From assembly GCA_017394565.1 (NCBI GenBank), contig JAFPXW010000425.1, forward strand, positions 1-30,347: 30,347 nt of DNA. The letters are read 5' to 3'. A program made the translations under genes and the position numbers. Under the pieces are notes generated by a model. It did no database searches. It was not told the DNA's origin and saw only the letters and a list, made by a program, of their open reading frames with translations. Origin of the DNA: Oscillospiraceae bacterium (GTDB taxonomy: Bacteria; Bacillota; Clostridia; Oscillospirales; Ruminococcaceae). Positions 7,827-16,483 of the stretch are shown piece after piece (position 1 is the stretch's first letter; each line of letters starts with the position of its first letter).

Positions 7827-7998
7827 CTGTTTTTTAAAATTTTTTCTTCTTTATACTTTAGGTAAACAGAATTAACCATTACAATGCGTTTAAACGTTTA
7901 TAATATTACATTTCGGATAGCAAAATAGTGCTATTTTTATCAATAAAAAGTTACACGACGACTGTCGAAAAAATATTTCAGAAAATTCTCAAAAAGCC

Positions 7999-8027
7999 TT
8001 GACAATTTGGTCAAAATCATCTAAAAT
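7999..8027 (+). promoter_or_regulatory. Sigma-A promoter for the GH9 gene
   Basis: TTGACA (7999-8004), 17 bp, TAAAAT (8022-8027), with A-rich sequence upstream. Confidence 0.8.
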
Positions 8028-8144
8028 AAAAGTATATACACTCAGGCGATTCCGGTATAGATTATACTGACACCAGCTCTCTATATAATGTATATCGGCT
8101 CGCCAGCCGTAAGATGTCCAAATGATGAAGAAAGAAGGATCTGA

Positions 8145-10886
8145 ATGAAAAAACGTTTTGGCACACGGATGATGGCACTGCTGGCCAGTGCAGCCGTCCT
8201 GCTGACAGGTCTGAGCGCTCTGCCTGCCAGTGCAGCCGCCGGTGAGGAGCTCGATCCCATCAGCGACAGCGAAAGAAAATTTCCTGACCCCGATACCCTG
8301 ACAGAAAAAGAGGTCAACTTCGCGAAGGCACTCCAGCTTTCCATGTATTTCTACGACGCCAACAAGTGCGGCAAGTCCAGCGGCAGACTGGAATGGCGCG
8401 GCGACTGCCACATGGAGGACGCACAGATCCCGCTGATCCCCATGACGGAGAAGCAGCGCGGCACCAACCTCTCGCAGGAATTCCTCGATGCCCACATGGA
8501 TGTCCTCGATCCCGACGGTGACGGCTATATCGACCTCGAGGGCGGTATGCACGACGCCGGCGACCATGTCAAGTTCGGTCTGCCGGGTACTTATGCAGCC
8601 TCTACTTTGGGCTGGGGCTACTATGAGTTCCGCGATGCCTACAAGGATTCCGGTCAGCAGGAGCATATCGAGGATATTCTCCACTGGTTCAATGATTTCT
8701 ACCTCAAGTGCCTGTATTATGACGAGAATGACGAAGTTCTCGCATTCTGCTATCAGGTCGGCGAGGGTAACATCGACCACAACTACTGGGTTTGCCCGGA
8801 TCTTCAGGGTTCGTGGCTGCTCGATTTCGAGCGTCCGGCTTACTTTGCAACGAAGGAAACTCCGGCTTCTGATATGTGCGCAGGCGCAGCAGCATCCCTT
8901 GCGGTGAACTACCTCAACTTCAAGGACACTGAGCCGGAATATGCCGAGGAATCCCTCAAGGCTGCAAAGGCACTGTACAAATTCGCCAAGGAATCCCACA
9001 CCGAGCGCAAGCTCGTCAATACCGGCAGCGACCGTGAGCTGACCGAGGAGGAGAAGAAGGCCGCAGAGGAATACGATCCGGACGATCCCGATGCTGTTAA
9101 CAAGGGCAACGAGAACACCACGATGGAAGTCACCTCCCTCGGCTTCGACGGCGGTTTCTATACGTCCTCCTATGACTACGATGAACTCTCCTGGGCAGCG
9201 GTATGGCTGTATTACTGCACCGAGGAGTATGACTACATCACCGACATCATCGATGTCGATGAATCCGTCACCTACGACAACGGCGGTCATCCGTACAAGG
9301 GCTGGATCCGCCGCATCATCACCGATACCGGCAGATGCTGGCAGAACATCTGGGTTCACTGCTGGGATACAGTCTGGGGCGGCGTTTTCGCGAAGCTTGC
9401 ACCTGTCACCAATATCCGCCGCGACTGGTACATCTTCCGCTGGAATCTGGAATTCTGGTCGGGTATGAACGAGCAGGAGCTTGCCGCAAATGAGAAATCC
9501 GGCGGTCTGCCTCCGGCTGTCACCATGCACAAGTATTTCGGTCTGGACGACGAACTCTGGAACACCAACATCACCGCCGAGGAGATCAAGGATCTGCCGG
9601 AAGCACAGGGCGCTTACCTCGCCAAGACACCGGCTGGCTTCGGTATGCTGAATGAATACGGTTCCTGCCGTTATGACACCGCAGCACAGCTTTGCGCTCT
9701 GGTTTACGCCAAGGAGACCGGTGATGACGTATTCGTTGACTGGTGTGCAGGTCAGATGAGCTACATCTGCGGCAACAACCCGATGGGCAGAGCTTACATC
9801 GTTGGTTACGATCTGGAGGACGGCGCGTGCCATCCGCACCATCGTGCTTCCCACGGCTCTACCACACAGAATATGGACGATCCGGTCGATCAGACACACG
9901 TTCTCTGGGGCGCACTGGTCGGCGGCCCGGACAAGTCCGACTGGCACCGCGATATCACCAAGGATTACGTTTACAACGAAGTTGCTGTTGACTACAATGC
10001 AGGCTTTGTCGGCGCTTGCGCAGGTCTGTATTACTACATCGGCAAGGAGCGCGGCGACAAGCCGGTCGAGAACTTCCCGCCCTCTGAGCAGGAACTCAAC
10101 GGCGGTGTCCCGATCACCGAATTCACACTGAAGGCCGCTGTCGGCAGAGAGGATGACGACTCCACACAGGTTCTCATCGAGATCGACAACCACACGTCCC
10201 TGCCGCCTCGTTTCCTCGATGGCATCGACGTTCGCTTCTATTTCAACATTTCCGAGATGCTCGAAGCCGGTTACACCTTCGACGATCTCCTGTTCAATCC
10301 GCAGTACGATTCCCTGTCCTCCAATACCAACGGCAAGGACGAAGTGACCTACAAGGTCGAGCAGTACAACGACAAGGGCGACTGCTATGTCGAGCTGCAC
10401 TGGCCGCAGAGCCGTTTCTACGGCAAGGAGCAGTATCAGTTCGCACTCGTGAACTCCGCTTACGTCAAGATCTGGGATTCCTCCAACGACTACAGCACCG
10501 GTCAGATCCCGAAGGCCGATGACCTCGGTCTGGAACTCGGTCAGGCACCGCAGTTCACGGACGTTGTGACCATGTATGTAGACGGCAAGCAGGTATGGGG
10601 CATTGCGCCGGAGGATGCACCGCAGCCGGATTACATTGATCCCGATGCGACACAGCCGGCAACGCACGTTGCATCCGGCAGCACCCTCTGCGGCGATGTC
10701 AACTGCGACAAGATCGTGGACATCATGGATGTCATCGCGCTGAACAAGTACCTCCTCGGCGCGGACACGCTCTCCGACGACGGTAAGGCCAACGCAGACG
10801 TTGACCTCAACAAGGAACTGGACACCACCGACTCGCTGAATATCCTCAAGTGCGTCGTGGAACTGACCACGCTTCCGGTCAAATAA
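8145..10886 (+). CDS. Cellulosomal endoglucanase: signal peptide - GH9 - CBM3c - dockerin
   Basis: Sec signal (..LPASA). GH9 motifs DLEGGMHDAGDHVKFGLP, HPHHRAS and DYVYNEVAVDYNAG. CBM3c (QVLIEIDNHTSLPPRF...VRFYFNISE...YVDGKQVWGIAP). C-terminal dockerin with two Ca-binding repeats, GDVNCDKIVDIMD and ADVDLNKELDTTD (about 10689-10883). Confidence 0.95.
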   Translation: MKKRFGTRMMALLASAAVLLTGLSALPASAAAGEELDPISDSERKFPDPDTLTEKEVNFAKALQLSMYFYDANKCGKSSGRLEWRGDCHMEDAQIPLIPMTEKQRGTNLSQEFLDAHMDVLDPDGDGYIDLEGGMHDAGDHVKFGLPGTYAASTLGWGYYEFRDAYKDSGQQEHIEDILHWFNDFYLKCLYYDENDEVLAFCYQVGEGNIDHNYWVCPDLQGSWLLDFERPAYFATKETPASDMCAGAAASLAVNYLNFKDTEPEYAEESLKAAKALYKFAKESHTERKLVNTGSDRELTEEEKKAAEEYDPDDPDAVNKGNENTTMEVTSLGFDGGFYTSSYDYDELSWAAVWLYYCTEEYDYITDIIDVDESVTYDNGGHPYKGWIRRIITDTGRCWQNIWVHCWDTVWGGVFAKLAPVTNIRRDWYIFRWNLEFWSGMNEQELAANEKSGGLPPAVTMHKYFGLDDELWNTNITAEEIKDLPEAQGAYLAKTPAGFGMLNEYGSCRYDTAAQLCALVYAKETGDDVFVDWCAGQMSYICGNNPMGRAYIVGYDLEDGACHPHHRASHGSTTQNMDDPVDQTHVLWGALVGGPDKSDWHRDITKDYVYNEVAVDYNAGFVGACAGLYYYIGKERGDKPVENFPPSEQELNGGVPITEFTLKAAVGREDDDSTQVLIEIDNHTSLPPRFLDGIDVRFYFNISEMLEAGYTFDDLLFNPQYDSLSSNTNGKDEVTYKVEQYNDKGDCYVELHWPQSRFYGKEQYQFALVNSAYVKIWDSSNDYSTGQIPKADDLGLELGQAPQFTDVVTMYVDGKQVWGIAPEDAPQPDYIDPDATQPATHVASGSTLCGDVNCDKIVDIMDVIALNKYLLGADTLSDDGKANADVDLNKELDTTDSLNILKCVVELTTLPVK

Positions 10887-10892
10887 CAACTC

Positions 10893-10930
10893 ACAGCCGC
10901 TTCCCGATGTTTGGGAAGCGGCTGTTTTTT
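10893..10930 (+). terminator. Rho-independent terminator of GH9
   Basis: ACAGCCGCTTCCC and GGGAAGCGGCTGT form a perfect 13-bp stem followed by TTTTT. Confidence 0.9.
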
Positions 10931-10956
10931 GAGTATTGAGAAAAGCTCAGGAACGC

Positions 10957-10989
10957 AAAAACCCCTCCGATGCCGAAGCACCGGAGGGG
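10957..10989 (-). terminator. Rho-independent terminator of the minus-strand ncRNA
   Basis: On the minus strand, CCCCTCCGGTGC-TTCG-GCATCGGAGGGG-TTTTT: a C(UUCG)G tetraloop with one G-U pair. Confidence 0.88.
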
Positions 10990-11155
10990 ATGATCTTTCG
11001 CAACCGCCTTGCCGTCATATAGAGAATAAAACCAAGCGTTCCCGCAAGGTGGGTATCCGCCTGAAAGTCTCTCGCTCCCAACGTCTGCTGACGGCTGTAA
11101 ACAGCCGGGCAGGAGGTCTGCAATCCTCGATCAGAGCATCAGATTCCCGTAAAGT
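10985..11155 (-). ncRNA. ssrS: Probable 6S RNA
   Basis: No credible ORF. It has its own -10 TATAAT (11170-11165) and its own terminator. The ends pair (GGGA-AUCU with AGAU-CA-UCCC). Motifs CUGAUG, UGGGAGC, ACCCACC and ACGGCA occur in the order I recall for Firmicutes 6S RNAs. Boundaries are approximate and not confirmed by a covariance search. Confidence 0.7.
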
Positions 11156-11211
11156 AAGTGTTGGATTATAATAACTATAATTACTCGAACAAGGCAGTCA
11201 TCAAGCTTGTG

Positions 11212-11520
11212 TTACTCGGCGTCCTCGTCCTCACCCTCGAGCATCTGCGAGATGCGCTCGATGAAGATATTGCCGATGCGCTCGTATTCTTCGTCATTAT
11301 CAATGGTTGCGAGGAATTCCTCACCGTTCTCCTCGCCGACCTTCAGGATGACAAGCTCTGTGTCCTCCTCGATGACAGCTTCCGGATCCTCGGTGTAGGG
11401 AACCAGTGCGTAATAAACCGTACCGTTCTCCTCCATAATATCCATCAGTTCAAATTCATGTTCATTGCCTTCCTCATCGGTCAGCGTGAAAATTTCCGGT
11501 GTGTACTCTTTTTCGTCCAT
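11212..11520 (-). CDS. DUF1292 domain protein
   Basis: 102 aa, very acidic; FTLTDEEGNEHEFELMD...YYALVP...ILKV...LATIDNDEEYERI pattern; SD GGAGG-like. Confidence 0.85.
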   Translation of the reverse strand: MDEKEYTPEIFTLTDEEGNEHEFELMDIMEENGTVYYALVPYTEDPEAVIEEDTELVILKVGEENGEEFLATIDNDEEYERIGNIFIERISQMLEGEDEDAE

Positions 11521-11571
11521 GCTTTGCTCCTTCCAAATGCCTTTCGGAACCTTTCCGTTCCTTCTGTTACT

Positions 11572-11600
11572 ATTATACTATACTTTCACCAAAAAATCAA
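11572..11600 (-). promoter_or_regulatory. Sigma-A promoter for DUF1292
   Basis: On the minus strand, TTGATT (11600-11595), 17 bp, TATAAT (11577-11572). Confidence 0.75.
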
Positions 11601-11650
11601 GAGGTAAAAATGATTTTTTTAGGAAAATTTTGTGATAAGCCAAAGAATGG

Positions 11651-13321
11651 CTATTTTGCGAAATGTTTTGCATGAATAAAATCTGCGGACAATTTGAACG
11701 GATCGAACTGAATGTCCACATTGCCGGCTGTCGCGATGCAGTAGCGGTTCTTATAAAACAGCGGCACAAAGCAGTGCGTGTCGATGATGAGCTTCTCGAT
11801 CGACGCGGAAAGAGCCGCTGTATCGGCCAAATTGATGGGCTTGGCAAGTCCGTTCATCAGCGCCGTGATGTCCACGCTCTCCGGCATTCCGAGCATTGCC
11901 GCGCGATCCGTGTAAGCCGCCAGCGCATCATAACAGCCGCCGCGTTCCGGTGTCATGCTGTAGAGCGCGATGGCGTAATCCCCCGATGCCAGCCGCGATG
12001 CGAATTCATCCGGCGAAACGGTCTCGATGCCGATATAATACCCGAACAGATCCTGCCAGTTCTGCGACATCGCCAGCAAGGCCTCCGTATCCGGCAGTGT
12101 ACTCGGCACCATCACGCGGATGGCATTCATCGTGCCGATGCCAAGCTCCTGCGCCGAGCCTGCGAACAATTCCACCGCCTTGTCCGGATCGTAGGGCAGC
12201 GCCAGCGGTTCATCCGCCTGGATCTCGCGGTACGACGTGCCCAGCAGTTTCACCGCCGGCGGGATCAGCCCATATGCGGCCGAAACGTCCTCGCCCAGCA
12301 TCGGTTCGAGCGCCTCGCGGTCGATGCTCATAGCCAGCGCCTGCCGGAGATCGTCGTCCTTCAGGATCTCATTGTCCGGATTGAAGATCAGCCCCATCGT
12401 GGTCGCCGCCGCCGACTGGACATTGTAGTGCGTATCGTGCATCTGCGCCTTCGGATAGCGGTCAGTCAGCAGGACATCGGCATTCCCTTCCGCAAAATCC
12501 GTTTCCGCCGCATCGCGCGTGTGCATGATGTTGAATTGCAGGCTGCTGGGGAACACGTCGTCCGGATCGTGGTAGTGCTTGCACTTCCGGAACGTCAGAA
12601 AATTGCCGGAGCTGTACTGGTCATAATTCCACTGCGTCAGATAAAACGCGCCGTTGCAGAGATAGGTGTCCGCATCCAGTCCGTAGCGTCCGTCCGTGGA
12701 CTCAAAGAACTCCTGATTGCACGGCACGGCACACGTCTGGCACAGGCGCGACAAAAAATCCGGATCCGGATACTCCAGCTCGAACATCACCGTATTGCCG
12801 TCCGGCGCAGAAACGCCCAGGTACCGGGCTTCCTGCTCGCCTGCCATGATGGCGGACGCATTCTTGATGCAGCGGAAGTCCTCCGCGTAGGGCGAGCGCA
12901 TCGCCGGATCCGCAATGCGCCGGAACGCGAACACATAATCGCGGGACGTCACACGCTCCGGACGGTCGGCATCCATATTCTTGCTGAACCAGTACGCATC
13001 GGAGCGCAGGGTGAAGGTATACACCAGCCCGTCGCCGGAGATCGTGAAGGTTTCCGCACCGGCCGGCACCGGTTCCCCGGCATCATCGAAGCGCATCAGA
13101 CCTTCCATCGTGTTGCGGATGACGATCTCCGCGTTCTCATTCTGCGTAAACTGCGGATCCAGGCACTCCGGATCTCCCGGCAGCACCGTCGTGAACAGAT
13201 ATCCGGCGCCCGTGTCCTCCTCCTGTGAGGCGCATCCGCCCGTCATCAGCAGCACCGCACCTGCCAGCAGGATCCCCGCCCATCTGCGGGCCCGCAGCCG
13301 GGCCCTGAAACTGTTTCGCAT
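11651..13321 (-). CDS. Oligopeptide-type ABC transporter substrate-binding lipoprotein (OppA-like, SBP family 5)
   Basis: Start re-assigned to 13321 (SD AGGAGA). Lipobox LMTGGC; LDPQ, MEGLMRFD, VYTFTLRSDAYW, DYVFAFRRIADP, NGAFYL, LRQALAMSIDRE. 556 aa. Confidence 0.9.
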   Translation of the reverse strand: MRNSFRARLRARRWAGILLAGAVLLMTGGCASQEEDTGAGYLFTTVLPGDPECLDPQFTQNENAEIVIRNTMEGLMRFDDAGEPVPAGAETFTISGDGLVYTFTLRSDAYWFSKNMDADRPERVTSRDYVFAFRRIADPAMRSPYAEDFRCIKNASAIMAGEQEARYLGVSAPDGNTVMFELEYPDPDFLSRLCQTCAVPCNQEFFESTDGRYGLDADTYLCNGAFYLTQWNYDQYSSGNFLTFRKCKHYHDPDDVFPSSLQFNIMHTRDAAETDFAEGNADVLLTDRYPKAQMHDTHYNVQSAAATTMGLIFNPDNEILKDDDLRQALAMSIDREALEPMLGEDVSAAYGLIPPAVKLLGTSYREIQADEPLALPYDPDKAVELFAGSAQELGIGTMNAIRVMVPSTLPDTEALLAMSQNWQDLFGYYIGIETVSPDEFASRLASGDYAIALYSMTPERGGCYDALAAYTDRAAMLGMPESVDITALMNGLAKPINLADTAALSASIEKLIIDTHCFVPLFYKNRYCIATAGNVDIQFDPFKLSADFIHAKHFAK

Positions 13322-13384
13322 GGTATCTCCTCTATCTTTTCTTTTTTTAAAAATTTGATGATTTTTGAAATCGCTTACTTTATT

Positions 13385-13413
13385 ATTATACCATCCCAGC
13401 AGGCGCTTGGCAA
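13385..13413 (-). promoter_or_regulatory. Sigma-A promoter for the OppA-like gene
   Basis: On the minus strand, TTGCCA (13413-13408), 17 bp, TATAAT (13390-13385). Confidence 0.75.
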
Positions 13414-13455
13414 CTGTTTTCGATTGGATTTTTTTATTTTTCTTTAAAAAAACTA

Positions 13456-13484
13456 TTGACAAATTATGAACTCTGTGCTATAAT
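13456..13484 (+). promoter_or_regulatory. Consensus sigma-A promoter for pilin 1
   Basis: TTGACA (13456-13461), 17 bp, TATAAT (13479-13484), extended -10 TG, and A/T tracts upstream (UP-element-like). Confidence 0.88.
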
Positions 13485-13608
13485 GAAGCAAAAGAAAGAG
13501 ATAGAATGAAAGTCAGCCGCATGGAGTTTAGGGAAATGTATCTTGAGAACCGGTCTCTTACGGCATTCCGGGGAGCATCGTCTTCTCATGACAAGGAGGG
13601 ATTCTTTT

Positions 13609-14100
13609 ATGAAACGCAACAACACTAACATCAAAGGTTTTACGCTGGTTGAGCTGATCGTCGTGATCGCGATCATCGGCGTACTCGCTGCAATTCTCGT
13701 TCCGTCTATGTTGGGGTTTGTAAAAAAAGCACGATTTGCCAATGCAAATTCTACCGCCAAAGGCTTGCTGAACGCTGCGATGCTCGCGTGCCGTGAAAAT
13801 GACGTATCCCATCCGATCGCCAACGGCATCTACGGCAAGTCCACTTCCAATTTCACCGAAACCGAAGCTGAAAACGCTGCGCTCATCAAGCGCTACGTCG
13901 AAGCGTACTATACCAATATCGACAGTATGTCATGGGCTGTCTGGGTACAGGATGACGCCCCCGTCGCGACCTGTGTCGCGAACAGCGAGGACGACTTCTA
14001 CCTCGGCACCTACCCGAACGCGAACTATGTTCCCAAAACACTCCGTCAGGAAACTTACGAAAAAGCTTTGAATTATGCCAAAACAGGTTCCTGGAATTGA
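13609..14100 (+). CDS. Type IV pilin 1 (class III prepilin signal)
   Basis: SD AAGGAGG, start 13609. MKRNNTNIKG/FTLVELIVVIAIIGVLAAILVP with the G-F cleavage site and Glu+5. 163 aa. Confidence 0.92.
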   Translation: MKRNNTNIKGFTLVELIVVIAIIGVLAAILVPSMLGFVKKARFANANSTAKGLLNAAMLACRENDVSHPIANGIYGKSTSNFTETEAENAALIKRYVEAYYTNIDSMSWAVWVQDDAPVATCVANSEDDFYLGTYPNANYVPKTLRQETYEKALNYAKTGSWN

Positions 14101-14173
14101 CCGGTCGGCATAATCCACAAATCAAAGTCAGTATTTTTGTAAAAAAAGCGGTGCTGAAAACCGCTGTAAATGG

Positions 14174-14202
14174 TTGACTTTTCATCAAGAAAATGTTATA
14201 CT
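14174..14202 (+). promoter_or_regulatory. Sigma-A promoter for pilin 2
   Basis: TTGACT (14174-14179), 17 bp, TATACT (14197-14202), with an extended -10 TG. Confidence 0.75.
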
Positions 14203-14251
14203 ATAATTGTGAATGAAATTTGAACTCCATGCGACTGAGAGGTGCATAGCA

Positions 14252-14836
14252 ATGAATCATAAAGTAAAGGGCTTCACTTTAATCGAAATGATCGTCGTTG
14301 TAGCGATCATCGGTATCCTGCTTGGCGTGCTGACACCCGCCATGTGGAATTACTATCGCAGATCCCGCATTCAGGCGGCGAATTCGGATGCAAAGATGGT
14401 CTATAATGCTGCACAGACTGCTGTGCAGAAGTATATCGGCATCGACCGTGTCAATGATCCGGACAGCGGTCTGAGCGGTGCCGTTGTCATCGCATACAAC
14501 TACCCGGTCACAGGACAGATGCGCAACACCGCAGCCGGCAACAATCTCCCGGCAACCAACGCAACAGATGACACCATCAGCGAGGCCGCTTGCCAGGATG
14601 TGGTGGATTCCGTAAACAGAACCGTTTCCGGCGCTTCTGAGATCTGCTGGATGGTGAGCCTTGATAAGTATATCGTAAAAGCCGCTGTTGCAGCGGAAAA
14701 CGCAACTGCTTTGCACGTTGGCTATTATTCTGCTGATAAGCAGTTTGCAACCATGGATGATCCGCGCCAGGCATATCAGGATGTAGCCAAAACACGTCTT
14801 GAGGAACTGACAACGCACTATAACACGCTGTCCTGA
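14252..14836 (+). CDS. Type IV pilin 2 (class III prepilin signal)
   Basis: SD GAGGTG, start 14252. MNHKVKG/FTLIEMIVVVAIIGILLGVLTP with Glu+5; ANSDAKMVYNAA resembles ANSTAKGLLNAA of pilin 1. 194 aa. Confidence 0.92.
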   Translation: MNHKVKGFTLIEMIVVVAIIGILLGVLTPAMWNYYRRSRIQAANSDAKMVYNAAQTAVQKYIGIDRVNDPDSGLSGAVVIAYNYPVTGQMRNTAAGNNLPATNATDDTISEAACQDVVDSVNRTVSGASEICWMVSLDKYIVKAAVAAENATALHVGYYSADKQFATMDDPRQAYQDVAKTRLEELTTHYNTLS

Positions 14837-14877
14837 GTCAACATCAGCGACAAAACTGACACAAACACAAATCCAAC

Positions 14878-14908
14878 GAAAAAGCTGACAAATTCTGTCG
14901 GCTTTTTC
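14878..14908 (+). terminator. Terminator after pilin 2
   Basis: GAAAAAGCTGACA and TGTCGGCTTTTTC form a 13-bp stem including A/T tracts (potentially bidirectional). Confidence 0.75.
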
Positions 14909-15007
14909 TGCGTTTATATGGCTTTGGTGCAGTTCGGACAGTTTATTCGACAAGATCGCGCAAATGCCGTGTAATTTCAACATACGCAAACATAGGGGGA
15001 AATGAAC

Positions 15008-16468
15008 ATGAAACGAAGAATTGCAGCCATTCTGGCAATGAGTATGCTTCTGACAAGTGCTTGCGGCAGAATGCCGGAGCAGACGGAGAGCCAGCCGCTT
15101 ACTGGTGAGACCGAGCAGATCGCTGCGACAGAAGCTTCCGACGACGAAACAACAGACGAACAGACCGAAGCTGACACCACCAGGACTTCCACCACAAAAA
15201 AGCCCGACGCTACGACAAGATCCAGCGAAACGAACACCAGCGGCACCACGGCTGCATCTTCCGAGACCACAAAGGCGACCGCTGCCTCCAGCACCGGCAA
15301 GACCAATTCCTCCGGTACGGCTTCTGCCGGTCATTCCGGCGGAAACTCCGGCAGCAATTCCGGTTCCGGCGGTAATTCGGGAAATTCCGGCGGTTCTAAA
15401 TCCACCACCAAGTCCGGCACTTCCACGACCAAGGCCGCTACCACAAAGGTCACAACCGCCAAAGCCACCACATCGACCACCAAAGCTACGACACAGGCCA
15501 CGACCGTCGCTCCCACACAGCCGGCAACGGCTGCGCCGACCGAGCCGCCGGCTCCTTCCGAGGGCGTGACCAAGATGGTCAACAACGTCATGGTCGTCAA
15601 TTCCGGCACCGACCACCCCCGCGCACTGGAGGTGTTCTACGGCAACTACAACACCGGCACGCGCTACGCCCAGACGCTCAACAGCTACAAGGCTTCCCTC
15701 GGCGACGCGGTCAATGTCTGGTGCATGGTCGTTCCGACGTCGCAGGCATACTACACCCCCGCCGACATCGCCGGCCAGTACGGCAGCCAGCTCGACCAGT
15801 ATAACAACATCGCCGCAAATTTTGACGGTGTGACGGGTGTTCCGGTGTATGAGGCGCTGGATGCGCACAAGGGCGAACAGACCTACTCCCGCACCGACTA
15901 TCACTGGCAGCCGCTGGCAGCTTACTACGCAGCAGAGCAGTTTGCGGCCTATGCCGGGGTTCCCTATGCGCCGCTGGACACCTACGAATCCGTCACCCGT
16001 GAGGGCTACGTCGGCGCGTTCTATCGCGTCAACAAGGTCACGGAGCTGGGCAGCTATCCGGAGCCGTTCACCTACTACAAGCCGGCCAACCTCGATGCCT
16101 GCACCTTCACCTATTATAATACCGCATTCGGCGGTGCGCATCAGGGCTCGCTGTTCTTCGAGAACAACAGCGTCGCTGCCAGCTACACGGTGTTCGTCGG
16201 CACGGATGAATGCATCCTGGAGGCCGATACCAATGTCGAAAACGACCGTGTCCTCGTCATTTTCAAGGACAGCTACGGCAACGCGCTCGTGCCGTTCCTG
16301 ACGCAGTCCTTCTCGAAGATCTACCTGTGCGACTTCCGCTACTTCGACCGCAACGCCATCAGCTTCATTCAGGAAGTCGGCGCGACCGATCTGCTCTTTG
16401 CGCTCTCCACCGTGGCTGTCACGACTTCCGCCAAGGTGGACAAGGTCGCCAATAATATGTATAAGTAA
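15008..16468 (+). CDS. DHHW-family (AlgJ/AlgX-like SGNH) lipoprotein with a long Thr/Ser/Gly linker
   Basis: Lipobox LTSAC; about 150-aa low-complexity linker; catalytic-type motifs YSRTDYHW and VIFKDSYGN. The start at 15008 fits SD spacing better than 15002. Confidence 0.78.
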   Translation: MKRRIAAILAMSMLLTSACGRMPEQTESQPLTGETEQIAATEASDDETTDEQTEADTTRTSTTKKPDATTRSSETNTSGTTAASSETTKATAASSTGKTNSSGTASAGHSGGNSGSNSGSGGNSGNSGGSKSTTKSGTSTTKAATTKVTTAKATTSTTKATTQATTVAPTQPATAAPTEPPAPSEGVTKMVNNVMVVNSGTDHPRALEVFYGNYNTGTRYAQTLNSYKASLGDAVNVWCMVVPTSQAYYTPADIAGQYGSQLDQYNNIAANFDGVTGVPVYEALDAHKGEQTYSRTDYHWQPLAAYYAAEQFAAYAGVPYAPLDTYESVTREGYVGAFYRVNKVTELGSYPEPFTYYKPANLDACTFTYYNTAFGGAHQGSLFFENNSVAASYTVFVGTDECILEADTNVENDRVLVIFKDSYGNALVPFLTQSFSKIYLCDFRYFDRNAISFIQEVGATDLLFALSTVAVTTSAKVDKVANNMYK

Positions 16469-16483
16469 TGCCTCCGAAAGCAC

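Noticed and set aside
7885-7935. Short palindromes (CGTTTAAACG; ATAGCA..TGCTAT) in the divergent spacer upstream of GH9
   Set aside because: Too short for an AT-rich spacer to be significant, and no second copy was found in the window.
7989-10889. 966-aa minus-strand ORF
   Set aside because: Shadow of the GH9 gene, which has clear motifs, a promoter and a terminator.
13490-13608. About 120-nt leader of pilin 1 as a c-di-GMP riboswitch, by analogy with C. difficile pilA1
   Set aside because: I could not find class I or class II consensus elements, and only 4-bp helices are evident. An Rfam scan would settle it.
14141-14170. Terminator between the two pilins
   Set aside because: Only a 6-bp stem, with the A-tract on the wrong side for plus-strand termination; not supported strongly enough.
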